Assembly (NCBI GenBank): GCA_964574895.1
Contig: CAZNPB010000010.1
Location: 183-64,182 of the forward strand
Source of the DNA: an uncultured Eubacteriales bacterium
Lineage (GTDB): Bacteria > Acidobacteriota > Aminicenantia > Aminicenantales > Saccharicenantaceae
Length of the DNA: 64,000 bases
Reading direction: 5' to 3'
Numbering within the stretch: the first letter of the stretch is position 1; each line of letters opens with the position of its first letter. The translations under genes and the position numbers were made by a program. This document shows positions 45,129 to 53,062 of the stretch, piece after piece. The notes under the pieces are model-generated. The model had not been told where the DNA came from. It did no database searches and saw only the letters and a program-made list of their open reading frames with translations.

Positions 45129-47942
45129 ATGCAAAAGAAGTTAAGCACATTGCTGCTCGTAGGTTTGTTGATTCTTCTCACTCAGGCTCTTGTCGCTCAG
45201 GAGACCGGCGAGATCCTAGGCAAGGTCACGGATGACGAAAGCGTGGGCCTGCCGGGAGTCTCGATCACCGCGACCAGCGCGAGTCTTCAGGGCAAGAGAG
45301 CCGTCGTCAGCGACCCGAACGGAACCTTCAGGTTGCCCCTGCTCCCCATGGGGACCTATACGCTGACGTTCGAGATGAAGGGATTCTCGTCCCTAACGCT
45401 GGAGAACGTCGGCGTGAAGCTCGGGCTGGTGACAAGTCCCGTTGCGGTCATGAGGCCAGCGAGCGTCGATGCCCAGCTCACCGTCATCGCCGAGGCCCCG
45501 TTGATCGACAAAACGAAATCCGACACGTCGTTCAACGTCGATTCCCGAGAGCTGGCCAAGTTGCCCATCCAGGGCCGGACCATCAACGAGGTCCTCAGCT
45601 ATACTCCCGGCGTAACGGGCGTACGCCACGACACCATCAAGGGAACCGGCAGCGGCGGAACCGATTACGGCGGAGGCAGCATCCGCGGCGAAGGCCCGAA
45701 CGGGAACAACTGGCTGGTCGACGGGCTGTCCAAGCGGGCCTCGGTCAACAACGGCTTCGGCACCAAGATCAACTTCGACGCTTGGGAAGAGGTCCAGATC
45801 ATCTCCGACGGCTTTTCCCCCGAGCTGGGAGCCACGTACGGCGGGATCATCAATATCGTGACCAAGACCGGCAGCAACCAGTTCCACGGCGAGCTCGGCA
45901 CCTTGATCTGGGACCACAACCTCCGGGCTTCGCGGCAGCCCCAGATCGCGATCGCCGTCGAGCCGGTCACGTCCCAGTACAATTTCTTCGGTAACATCGG
46001 CGGTCCGATCATCCAGGACAAGCTCTGGTTCTTCCTGTCCGACAACCTCTGGCGCAAGGCCGACGACAGCGTGGCCAGCTCGGTCGGTTGGCTGGATATC
46101 CCGGCGGGCCAGCGGCGGGTCAATAGCAACAACGTGCTCGGCAAGCTGACCTATGCCCTGGCGGACAATCACACCCTGTCCTTCAGCGGATCCTACGATG
46201 CCTTCCTCAGCCAGTCCGGCGGCTTCGGGTTACCGGACCTCTACACCAAGGTGGACTATAAGGATTACGCCCTGCGCCTGAACTACAAGGGCATCATCGG
46301 CGCCAACACCCTGATCGAGGCCGCCGTCGGGCGGAGCAGCCAGGATAGCGCGAACGCCCCGCTCACCGATGATTACGACAGCGCCCCGTTCTCTTACTCC
46401 GATATCAACCAGGCCATCGGCAACGTCTCTTCGGCCTCCGGGGTCATCGACCAGAGGACGGATTTCACGACCAGATTCACCCAATACCTGAATACGGAAA
46501 AATTCGGGAATCACGAGATCGGCCTGGGCGCGGCCTATTCGTACATTTATCGGAATGCCTACAACCACTACACCGGAAGGGACTGGCTCATCGTGCCCAG
46601 CGACTACTGGACTGGCGGCTCCAGCATCACCTTCACGGAGCCGGGCGTTCCTTATATGCTGACCCAGTACCGGGACCAGGCCTATTTTAACAGGGGCCGT
46701 TCGTATTCGGCCTATGTGAAGGATAAGGTCACGTTCGGGCGGCTGACCTTGATGCTGGGCCTCCGTTCGGAAACCCAGAGGATCTACGACGACCAGGGCG
46801 CCCTCGTGCCTGAGATCAGCTGGGGGCTGGACAAGTTCCTGTCCCCGAGGGCCTCGCTGAGCTGGGATGTGACCGGCGACGGGGCCAACGTCGTCAAATT
46901 CGGTTTCGGCCGCTTCTCCGACACCATGATCTGGGACATCATGGGGTATTTCACCCAGGGCGGACAAACGACCTTCGTCAAGTATGTTTGGAACGGCCCG
47001 ACGCCGACGTACGATACCGATACCGAGGCTCTGAAGGACTTCGCCAACTGGACCTACAGGTCCCAGCAGGGCGGAACGGATACGGTCCGGGCCTACAAGC
47101 GCGTTCGCGAGGGCACGGGCCCCGATTTCATGAACAAGTTCATCCTGGAATACGATCGCCGCATCGGATCCCATTGGGCGGCCAAGATCAGGGGCGTCCT
47201 GTCGAGCCACCGCGCCATGCTCGAGGACGTGGCCCTGTTCGACTACACGACGGCCTATTACGAGCTGATCAATTGGGACCTCAAGAAACGGGATTACCTG
47301 GGCCTCGAACTGGAGCTCAACGGCCGGATCGGCGACAAGTTCATCCTGAACAGCTCCTACGTCTGGTCGTCGGCCAAGGGCTCGACGCCCGGCAATTCGG
47401 AATATGTCGGGAATTACGGCTGGTCGATGTACCAGACCAACGGCCTCTTCGGGGACCATTACTCCGGACCCGCTGATTCTCCCCTGGCCGGAAACTACAA
47501 CTGGTCCTATGGGTTCGGCGGCATCGCTTACGGCGACGAGGGCTGGTACGGGTACTTGCCCTACAGCTGCGACCATGTGTTCAAGGTCTTCGGCACTTAC
47601 CTCGCACCTTATGGCATCATGGTCAGCGCCAGCGCCCAGCTCTATTCCGGCTATCATTGGTCGATCTGGGGCTTCCAGACGGGATACGGTTCTTATTGCT
47701 ACTTCCCGTACGGGCGAGGAACAGAGACCGTCCCGGCCCATACCTACGTCGATCTGACGTTCGCCAAGAACTTCAAGATCGCTTCTGGGATGGTCGCCGG
47801 ACTCCGTCTCAATGTGTCCAACCTCCTCAATTCGCAGAGGGCCGTGTCTTACGGCAGCGGCGAGGGAAGCACGTTCTTCCGTCAAGTCTGGGGCCGGCAG
47901 TTCCCTCGTTGGGTTCAGCTCCAGGCAAGCCTCTCCTTCTGA
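45129..47942 (+). CDS. TonB-dependent receptor-like outer membrane protein with N-terminal carboxypeptidase-regulatory-like domain (Oar-type)
   Basis: A signal peptide is followed by GKVTDDESVGLPGVSITATS...NGTFRLPLLPMGTYTLTFEMKGF (CarboxypepD_reg). A plug-like region and a long beta-barrel end in the C-terminal LQASLSF. Confidence 0.75.
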   Translation: MQKKLSTLLLVGLLILLTQALVAQETGEILGKVTDDESVGLPGVSITATSASLQGKRAVVSDPNGTFRLPLLPMGTYTLTFEMKGFSSLTLENVGVKLGLVTSPVAVMRPASVDAQLTVIAEAPLIDKTKSDTSFNVDSRELAKLPIQGRTINEVLSYTPGVTGVRHDTIKGTGSGGTDYGGGSIRGEGPNGNNWLVDGLSKRASVNNGFGTKINFDAWEEVQIISDGFSPELGATYGGIINIVTKTGSNQFHGELGTLIWDHNLRASRQPQIAIAVEPVTSQYNFFGNIGGPIIQDKLWFFLSDNLWRKADDSVASSVGWLDIPAGQRRVNSNNVLGKLTYALADNHTLSFSGSYDAFLSQSGGFGLPDLYTKVDYKDYALRLNYKGIIGANTLIEAAVGRSSQDSANAPLTDDYDSAPFSYSDINQAIGNVSSASGVIDQRTDFTTRFTQYLNTEKFGNHEIGLGAAYSYIYRNAYNHYTGRDWLIVPSDYWTGGSSITFTEPGVPYMLTQYRDQAYFNRGRSYSAYVKDKVTFGRLTLMLGLRSETQRIYDDQGALVPEISWGLDKFLSPRASLSWDVTGDGANVVKFGFGRFSDTMIWDIMGYFTQGGQTTFVKYVWNGPTPTYDTDTEALKDFANWTYRSQQGGTDTVRAYKRVREGTGPDFMNKFILEYDRRIGSHWAAKIRGVLSSHRAMLEDVALFDYTTAYYELINWDLKKRDYLGLELELNGRIGDKFILNSSYVWSSAKGSTPGNSEYVGNYGWSMYQTNGLFGDHYSGPADSPLAGNYNWSYGFGGIAYGDEGWYGYLPYSCDHVFKVFGTYLAPYGIMVSASAQLYSGYHWSIWGFQTGYGSYCYFPYGRGTETVPAHTYVDLTFAKNFKIASGMVAGLRLNVSNLLNSQRAVSYGSGEGSTFFRQVWGRQFPRWVQLQASLSF

Positions 47943-47960
47943 TTTTCTCCATACCCCTCC

Positions 47961-47999
47961 AGACGAGGGCTCCGTCCTTATGGGACGGAGCCCTCGTCT
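47961..47999 (+). terminator. strong stem-loop downstream of the receptor gene
   Basis: GACGAGGGCTCCGTCC (47962-47977), loop TTATG, GGACGGAGCCCTCGTC (47983-47998). This is a perfect 16-bp stem with no clear T-run. Confidence 0.6.
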
Positions 48000-48352
48000 C
48001 CTTACCGTCCCCCCTTCTTGGCCGTCCGTTGGCACCCGCCGCTTCGGCGCCGGGGCGCGTCGGCCGCGACAGGAAGGCAGGAGAAAGGCGAACGAATTCG
48101 ACCTTCCCGGGACCTCATCCCGATGGCGGATGGGACGGAGGCAGGCGCCGCCCGTGCGCTTCCTGTGGCGCGGGAACGGACCCGGCGGCCATGGGGAAGG
48201 CCGTCAAGAACGAAAGGCGCAGGCCGGCCTGCCCCGGAGGATTGAACCCGAAGACTTCGGAAGGAGCGGGCTCCTGGAAGGCCCGAGAAGAGCCGGGGTG
48301 AGGCTCAGAGGAGAGCCGGGATGGCTCTCCCGCCCATCCGCGCGAGGGACGG

Positions 48353-49330
48353 TCAGGGATTCTCGCGGTAGATGAGAGGCTGGGTCAGCGCGACCCGGCC
48401 CTGGCCGTCCGTGACCTTGGCCCGGACGTAACGTTCGCCTTGCGGCAGATTGAAGGCCGGCGACGGGCCGGCGATGCGATCCAGGATGCGCCCGCCTGAA
48501 CCGATGAACAACGTGGTCGGCGTCATCCCCTTCTGGGTCCGGATGCGGAGGCGAACCTTCTCCCCGCGGACCCGGATGGATTCGAGGACGACGCCGGTGC
48601 TGACATAGAAATCGCCCTTTTCGAAAGCGGCCAAGAGAGCCTTTTCGCTCAACTCCGGAGCCCGTACCATGATCCAGGATTTCCCCGGATAGGTGGCGAT
48701 GGCGTGCATATCATCAGTGCCGAATCCGTACAACTTTTTTCCCCGGCTCAGGACCTCGTCCCACATCTGCTCCGTGCCGGGTCTGCCGTCGCCGCCGGCG
48801 TTGTTGACCCCGGGGTGGGCGTTCAAGACCTCGAAAAAGGCGCAGTTCCGGACACCGAGGAGTTCCTCGGAGCCGTAGGCCCAGCCCCAGTTGGGATGGC
48901 ACATGATCGGCACGGCGCCGGCCGCGCGGGCGGCCGTCACGTTGTTCTGGAGGCCGCTGAGGACGTCGGCGCCTCCGGCCGGCTTCAAGGTCCCGTCGCG
49001 CAGGCCCAGGGCCAGCACGTGGATCGGGATATCATTGACTTTGTCGGTGATCTCCATCCCCGGGATGAGAAGGAAGGTCTCGTCCGTCAGGCTCCCCAGG
49101 TCCTCCACGGCCGTCAGGACATTATGATCGGTGATGGCCAGGAACTGGTATCCATGCGCCCGATACCATTTGACAACAGCCTCGGGCGACGCGTCGCCGT
49201 CATCGGAGTTCGTCGTGTGGGTATGGAGGTTCCCCCTGAACCAAGGACCGGATCCGGTCCCCCGGCAGGCCGGGCCGGCGAGGATAAGGGCCAGGGTCAG
49301 GAGCGGAATGAACGGCGTTCGTTGGGTCAC
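48353..49330 (-). CDS. PHP-domain (CehA/McbA-like) metallo-phosphoesterase, secreted
   Basis: FRGNLHTHTTNSDDGDASPE and ITDHN are present, with later His/Asp ligands. A signal peptide (FIPLLTLALILAGPAC) is present. Confidence 0.7.
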   Translation of the reverse strand: MTQRTPFIPLLTLALILAGPACRGTGSGPWFRGNLHTHTTNSDDGDASPEAVVKWYRAHGYQFLAITDHNVLTAVEDLGSLTDETFLLIPGMEITDKVNDIPIHVLALGLRDGTLKPAGGADVLSGLQNNVTAARAAGAVPIMCHPNWGWAYGSEELLGVRNCAFFEVLNAHPGVNNAGGDGRPGTEQMWDEVLSRGKKLYGFGTDDMHAIATYPGKSWIMVRAPELSEKALLAAFEKGDFYVSTGVVLESIRVRGEKVRLRIRTQKGMTPTTLFIGSGGRILDRIAGPSPAFNLPQGERYVRAKVTDGQGRVALTQPLIYRENP

Positions 49331-49380
49331 GGCATATCCTCCTTGGCGTCGGGGGGCCTCCGATAGTCGGCCCAGTCCGC

Positions 49381-50382
49381 CTAGCGTCGCGCGGTCCCGA
49401 CTTTCTGGGTGATGTGGGTCTGGACGATCGTGAGGGAAACGGGATCGATGCAGTCGAAGACGTTGAAGACGGGAAGGCTCTTGGGGGTCCGCTGCCGGAT
49501 ATCCTCATACACCGTCGGCGTGAGCAGGAGCACATCGACCGTGCCCAGGATCTTGTCCACCTCGGCGTCGTTGGTGACGAGACAGGACAAGAGCCGAATG
49601 TCCTTTCCCAATTCCGTTTTAAGCACATCCACAAAGACCAAATTGGAATCGACGTCCCGGCAGATGAACCCGAATGTCGTGTCGCGGTCGAACGAGCCCA
49701 GGCGATTCCGGGTTTCCGGAGACATGTTGGTGATCAGAACCTGGATATCAATGGGACGGGACCCGACGATCTCGCGCACTTCGTTGAGGTGGAAGCCGGT
49801 CGTGACGATCGCCAGTAGATCCCGCTCCCGGCCGTGTTGGCCGGCGAGTTCCGCCTGCAGGTCGCCGACAACGACCGGCTTGACCTCGATCTTGAGCTCT
49901 TCGTAGAGGGTCTTCGAGATCTCGCGGACCTGGTAGCTGCTGCACTCGGTGAAGATAACGAACGGGCTGGAGCCGGCGGCCGGGGAATCCTGGAGGGCCG
50001 CGTCGATCAGGGCCCGGACCTCCTCCTTGGTCCAGCCGCCCTGCCTCATCCGCGCCACGGCCTTCCGGAATTCGGCTTCCGGATCGGCGGTGGGCGCGGC
50101 GGCGCTCTCGGGCGGCGTTCCGCCGTTCGGCGGCACCGTCCCGGGAAGCAGGGCGTAGGTCCCCTTGCCGCGCTTCATGGAGACAAGCCCTTCCTGCTCG
50201 AGCTCCTTATAAGCGTTGCGGACCGTTTCGAAATTGATATCCAGCTCCTTTGAAAGGCGCACGACGCCCGGGAGAAGCTCGTTGTGCTTGATGACGCCGG
50301 TCGAAATATAAAACTTGATCAGGTCCTTGAGCTGAAGATACATGGGGACCTTGTTGGTCTTGTCGAGATACCATTTGATCAT
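49381..50382 (-). CDS. GntR-family transcriptional regulator with a non-standard C-terminal domain
   Basis: The N-terminal wHTH reads LPGVVRLSKELDINFETVRNAYKELEQEGLVSMKRGKGTYA. The ATG at 50382 is preceded by GGAGGAAGAG. The ~230-aa C-terminal domain was not recognised. Confidence 0.75.
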   Translation of the reverse strand: MIKWYLDKTNKVPMYLQLKDLIKFYISTGVIKHNELLPGVVRLSKELDINFETVRNAYKELEQEGLVSMKRGKGTYALLPGTVPPNGGTPPESAAAPTADPEAEFRKAVARMRQGGWTKEEVRALIDAALQDSPAAGSSPFVIFTECSSYQVREISKTLYEELKIEVKPVVVGDLQAELAGQHGRERDLLAIVTTGFHLNEVREIVGSRPIDIQVLITNMSPETRNRLGSFDRDTTFGFICRDVDSNLVFVDVLKTELGKDIRLLSCLVTNDAEVDKILGTVDVLLLTPTVYEDIRQRTPKSLPVFNVFDCIDPVSLTIVQTHITQKVGTARR

Positions 50383-50479
50383 CTCTTCCTCCAGAAGGCG
50401 GATTCGGCCCGCTATCTCCCCGTCGGCCTTGCCGGGCCGGCGGCTCTTCTGACTCGACAGCCGCGGCGATCCATCCTTC

Positions 50480-52054
50480 TCAGCGGACCGCCTGTGGCGG
50501 CTTGGGCCTATGGCCGGAGGGATCATGGTCGTATCCAGGAGCGAGCGGCTCGAGCCGCCGGCCCGCCAGCTCGATCTCCCATTCGAGCGGCCAGGGGCTC
50601 GGGCGGCACTCCCCGAGCTCGGTGCTTTGCTGAGCCATGATCGGCGCCGGCAGTCCGGGCCCGGGGCACTGGGGGATGGGATGGTGCAGATGCAGAAGAT
50701 GCCCCACCTCGTGATTGATGACCATGATGCGATAGGTCGGGAGATCGCCCGTCCACTCCGGCGTGGCCCGGCGCCAGCGGTCGGCGTTGATGACCACGAG
50801 CGGACCGTTCTGACAGGAATACAGGCTCCGGGTGTTATAGGGAGCGCAGAGGCGATCGGCTTCGGCGCCTTCGGCAATGATGACGCGGTACGGCGCTTCG
50901 GGGTCCCGCTCGAAGACGAATCCGGCCCGGGCCCAGCCGCGCGGATCGGTCAGGATCTCGTGCACGAGGCCCGGAAAGTCCGCCAAGGCCGGATCGGCCG
51001 AACGGACCTCCGCCCAGTAGGGCACCTTGACGTCCGCCGGGCGGGTCGCGGCCCGGCCGGGAAGATCCGCGAGAACGCTCGCGCTCAGGAACCTGGCGAA
51101 GCCTTCCGTCTCATAGACGACCTCGTCATGCCCCGCCGGGGAGTCCAGGAAAACGAGGCGGTGATCCCTGAGGTCCTGGTGAGCGACCTCGGCATCCTTC
51201 GCGGCCAGGTACGGAACCTGGCAGCGGTCGAATTCCCTCATGAGGTCCCGGCTTTCGTCCCGGGTACCGCCGTCCTCGGTATAGATATCGATGATCTTCC
51301 CCTGTTGGCGGACATGCCAATCGACGAATGCGGGGAGCTCCCCGTAGAGGGCGTCGAACAGGAAGACTTCTTTGACCTGGTCGGCGAGGCCGCCGTGCGC
51401 CAGAATCGAGGCGATGACATGGTAGCCGCCGCTATGCCCGGCCAGGATGAGATCGCCGGGGCTTTCGGTCGTGATCGTTCCCCTCCGTCTCAACTCGGCC
51501 ATGACTTCGCCGACGAGGTTCTTGAATCCGTCCGCGTCCTCAAGCTTCCCGCCGAACGAATCCCGGGCGCGCTTGGGCCCCTGGGGCAGAACGAGCAGCG
51601 CGTTCTTGCCGCTGCGCACAAACTGTTCGATGACCTGATAAGAATTGAGGACACCGGCGAGGTCCCGATCCCAACCGTGGAAATAGAAGACAAGGTCGAT
51701 CCGCCCGCCCGGCCGGTAGCCGTTCGGCACGAACACGGCCACGGAGTCGTCGTCGTAATGACCGCGCCGGGGATAACGATCCCCCTCGTGGGAATAGCCG
51801 TTTTGCCTTTGGGGGTGGGGAAATGGCGCAGAGGCCAGATTCATCTTGAGCAGAAGTCCGGACGCGGCGTATCTCCTCGCCATCTTCGGGAACCCGCGTC
51901 CGCCGCAGGCTGCGGCAAGCCCGATCAGGACGGCCAGGGCCACGACGGTCAACGACCAGGCCAAGAGGGAGGCGCGCCGACCGGCGCCGCAGGCGCCGCG
52001 CGGAGGCATGACGAGCCGCGTTCCGGCCATGTTCCGAACCTCCCCTTCCCGCAT
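50480..52054 (-). CDS. exported fusion protein: alpha/beta-hydrolase-like domain + HExxH (DUF3152-like) metallopeptidase domain
   Basis: A TM/signal segment with LIGLAAAC is present. It also carries a nucleophile elbow (ILAGHSGGY) and, in the C-terminal domain, WARAGFVFERD...VINHEVGHLLHLHH. An AAGGAG SD lies 9 nt before the ATG at 52054. Confidence 0.6.
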   Translation of the reverse strand: MREGEVRNMAGTRLVMPPRGACGAGRRASLLAWSLTVVALAVLIGLAAACGGRGFPKMARRYAASGLLLKMNLASAPFPHPQRQNGYSHEGDRYPRRGHYDDDSVAVFVPNGYRPGGRIDLVFYFHGWDRDLAGVLNSYQVIEQFVRSGKNALLVLPQGPKRARDSFGGKLEDADGFKNLVGEVMAELRRRGTITTESPGDLILAGHSGGYHVIASILAHGGLADQVKEVFLFDALYGELPAFVDWHVRQQGKIIDIYTEDGGTRDESRDLMREFDRCQVPYLAAKDAEVAHQDLRDHRLVFLDSPAGHDEVVYETEGFARFLSASVLADLPGRAATRPADVKVPYWAEVRSADPALADFPGLVHEILTDPRGWARAGFVFERDPEAPYRVIIAEGAEADRLCAPYNTRSLYSCQNGPLVVINADRWRRATPEWTGDLPTYRIMVINHEVGHLLHLHHPIPQCPGPGLPAPIMAQQSTELGECRPSPWPLEWEIELAGRRLEPLAPGYDHDPSGHRPKPPQAVR

Positions 52055-52067
52055 AACCAGAGGCTCC

Positions 52068-53027
52068 TTACTTGATCCCGAGCAGGATGGTCTTGGCCGT
52101 ATCGCTGCCCTCCCCCTCCGGGGCCAAGGCTAAATAGGCCGTCAACTCGGCCTTGGCGCCCTCGTTGTTGCCGAGCCGGAAATAGCACAGGCCCAGCTGA
52201 TAATGGACCATGGCGAACGAGGGCTTGGCGCGCGCGGATTTTTCGAAGTAACGGGCCGCCTCGGCATCGTTCTTCTTGTTGGCTTCGACGACGCCGAGAT
52301 TATAGAGCTCTTCGGCGGAAAACTCCGAATCGGGAAAGTCCTTCAGCCGCTCCTGGTATTCGAGCGCCTTGTCTTCCTGACCCAGATGCGAATAGGCGAC
52401 CGCCAGCAGCCTGACCATCTGGGACGAGCCGGGGTTGAGCGTCAGGGCCTTCTGGGCCGTCTCGACGGCCTGGGCATAGGATCCGGCCCGAAATTGCGCG
52501 GAAGCGAGGTTCTGATGCGCCTCGGGGATCTCCGGGTCGATCTTGGCGGCCTCGGCGAACTCGACAACGGCCGCCGCAAAGTCCCCCTGGTTGAAGGACT
52601 GGATCCCCTGATCGATGCGGGCCCAGGCTTTCTGGTTGTTCTGGTTCTTCGCCAGTTGCTGCCCCGGCGTTCGCTCGCCCGTCCGGTAAAGAGAGAACGT
52701 CGCCGTCCGGCCTTCATCCTGCGTTTTCTCCAGCCCGGCGATGGCCAGCGATTCCTCGTGGATCTGGAAGCCCTCCTTCTCCAGCCTGAAAACGGCCGTT
52801 TTGATCTCCGAAGCGAGCAGGAACGAGGATTTCCCTCGCTTGCTGGTGACGTATTCTTTTCGAAAGGCGCCCTGGTCGGAGCTCGATACGGTGATCCTGA
52901 CCCCGGCGACCGGCTGCTGAGAGGAATCCTTCACCTCGACGAGAATGCGTTTGGCCAGGCCTTGCGGGAAGAGAAGCACCGGGCCGAGCAGAAAGGCCGA
53001 CATGATCAAGCGGACGAATTTCGCCAT
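52068..53027 (-). CDS. secreted TPR-repeat protein with an N-terminal carboxypeptidase-regulatory-like beta domain
   Basis: A signal peptide (MAKFVRLIMSAFLLGPVLLFPQG) is followed by RILVEVKDSSQQPVAGVRITVSS and then several TPR motifs. The ATG at 53027 has an AGGGAG SD. An alternative GTG at 53066 overlaps the upstream stop. Confidence 0.7.
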   Translation of the reverse strand: MAKFVRLIMSAFLLGPVLLFPQGLAKRILVEVKDSSQQPVAGVRITVSSSDQGAFRKEYVTSKRGKSSFLLASEIKTAVFRLEKEGFQIHEESLAIAGLEKTQDEGRTATFSLYRTGERTPGQQLAKNQNNQKAWARIDQGIQSFNQGDFAAAVVEFAEAAKIDPEIPEAHQNLASAQFRAGSYAQAVETAQKALTLNPGSSQMVRLLAVAYSHLGQEDKALEYQERLKDFPDSEFSAEELYNLGVVEANKKNDAEAARYFEKSARAKPSFAMVHYQLGLCYFRLGNNEGAKAELTAYLALAPEGEGSDTAKTILLGIK

Positions 53028-53062
53028 CGTCTTCCACTCCCTGGATATGATGCGTTCGGGGA

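Noticed and set aside
44949-45134. 61-aa minus-strand ORF in the AT-rich intergenic region
   Set aside because: It has no SD and lies inside the promoter/leader region. Its composition reflects the AT-rich non-coding DNA, and it overlaps the receptor start.
48000-48352. 75-, 187- and 214-aa ORFs in the gap after the receptor gene
   Set aside because: They are Arg/Gly/Pro/Ala-rich, mutually overlapping frames without start signals or motifs. The region is treated as non-coding.
50383-50877. Upstream extension of the GntR ORF (498-aa version)
   Set aside because: The extension is Pro/Arg/Ser-rich and overlaps the 3' end of the hydrolase-fusion gene. A strong SD precedes the internal ATG at 50382, where the wHTH begins.
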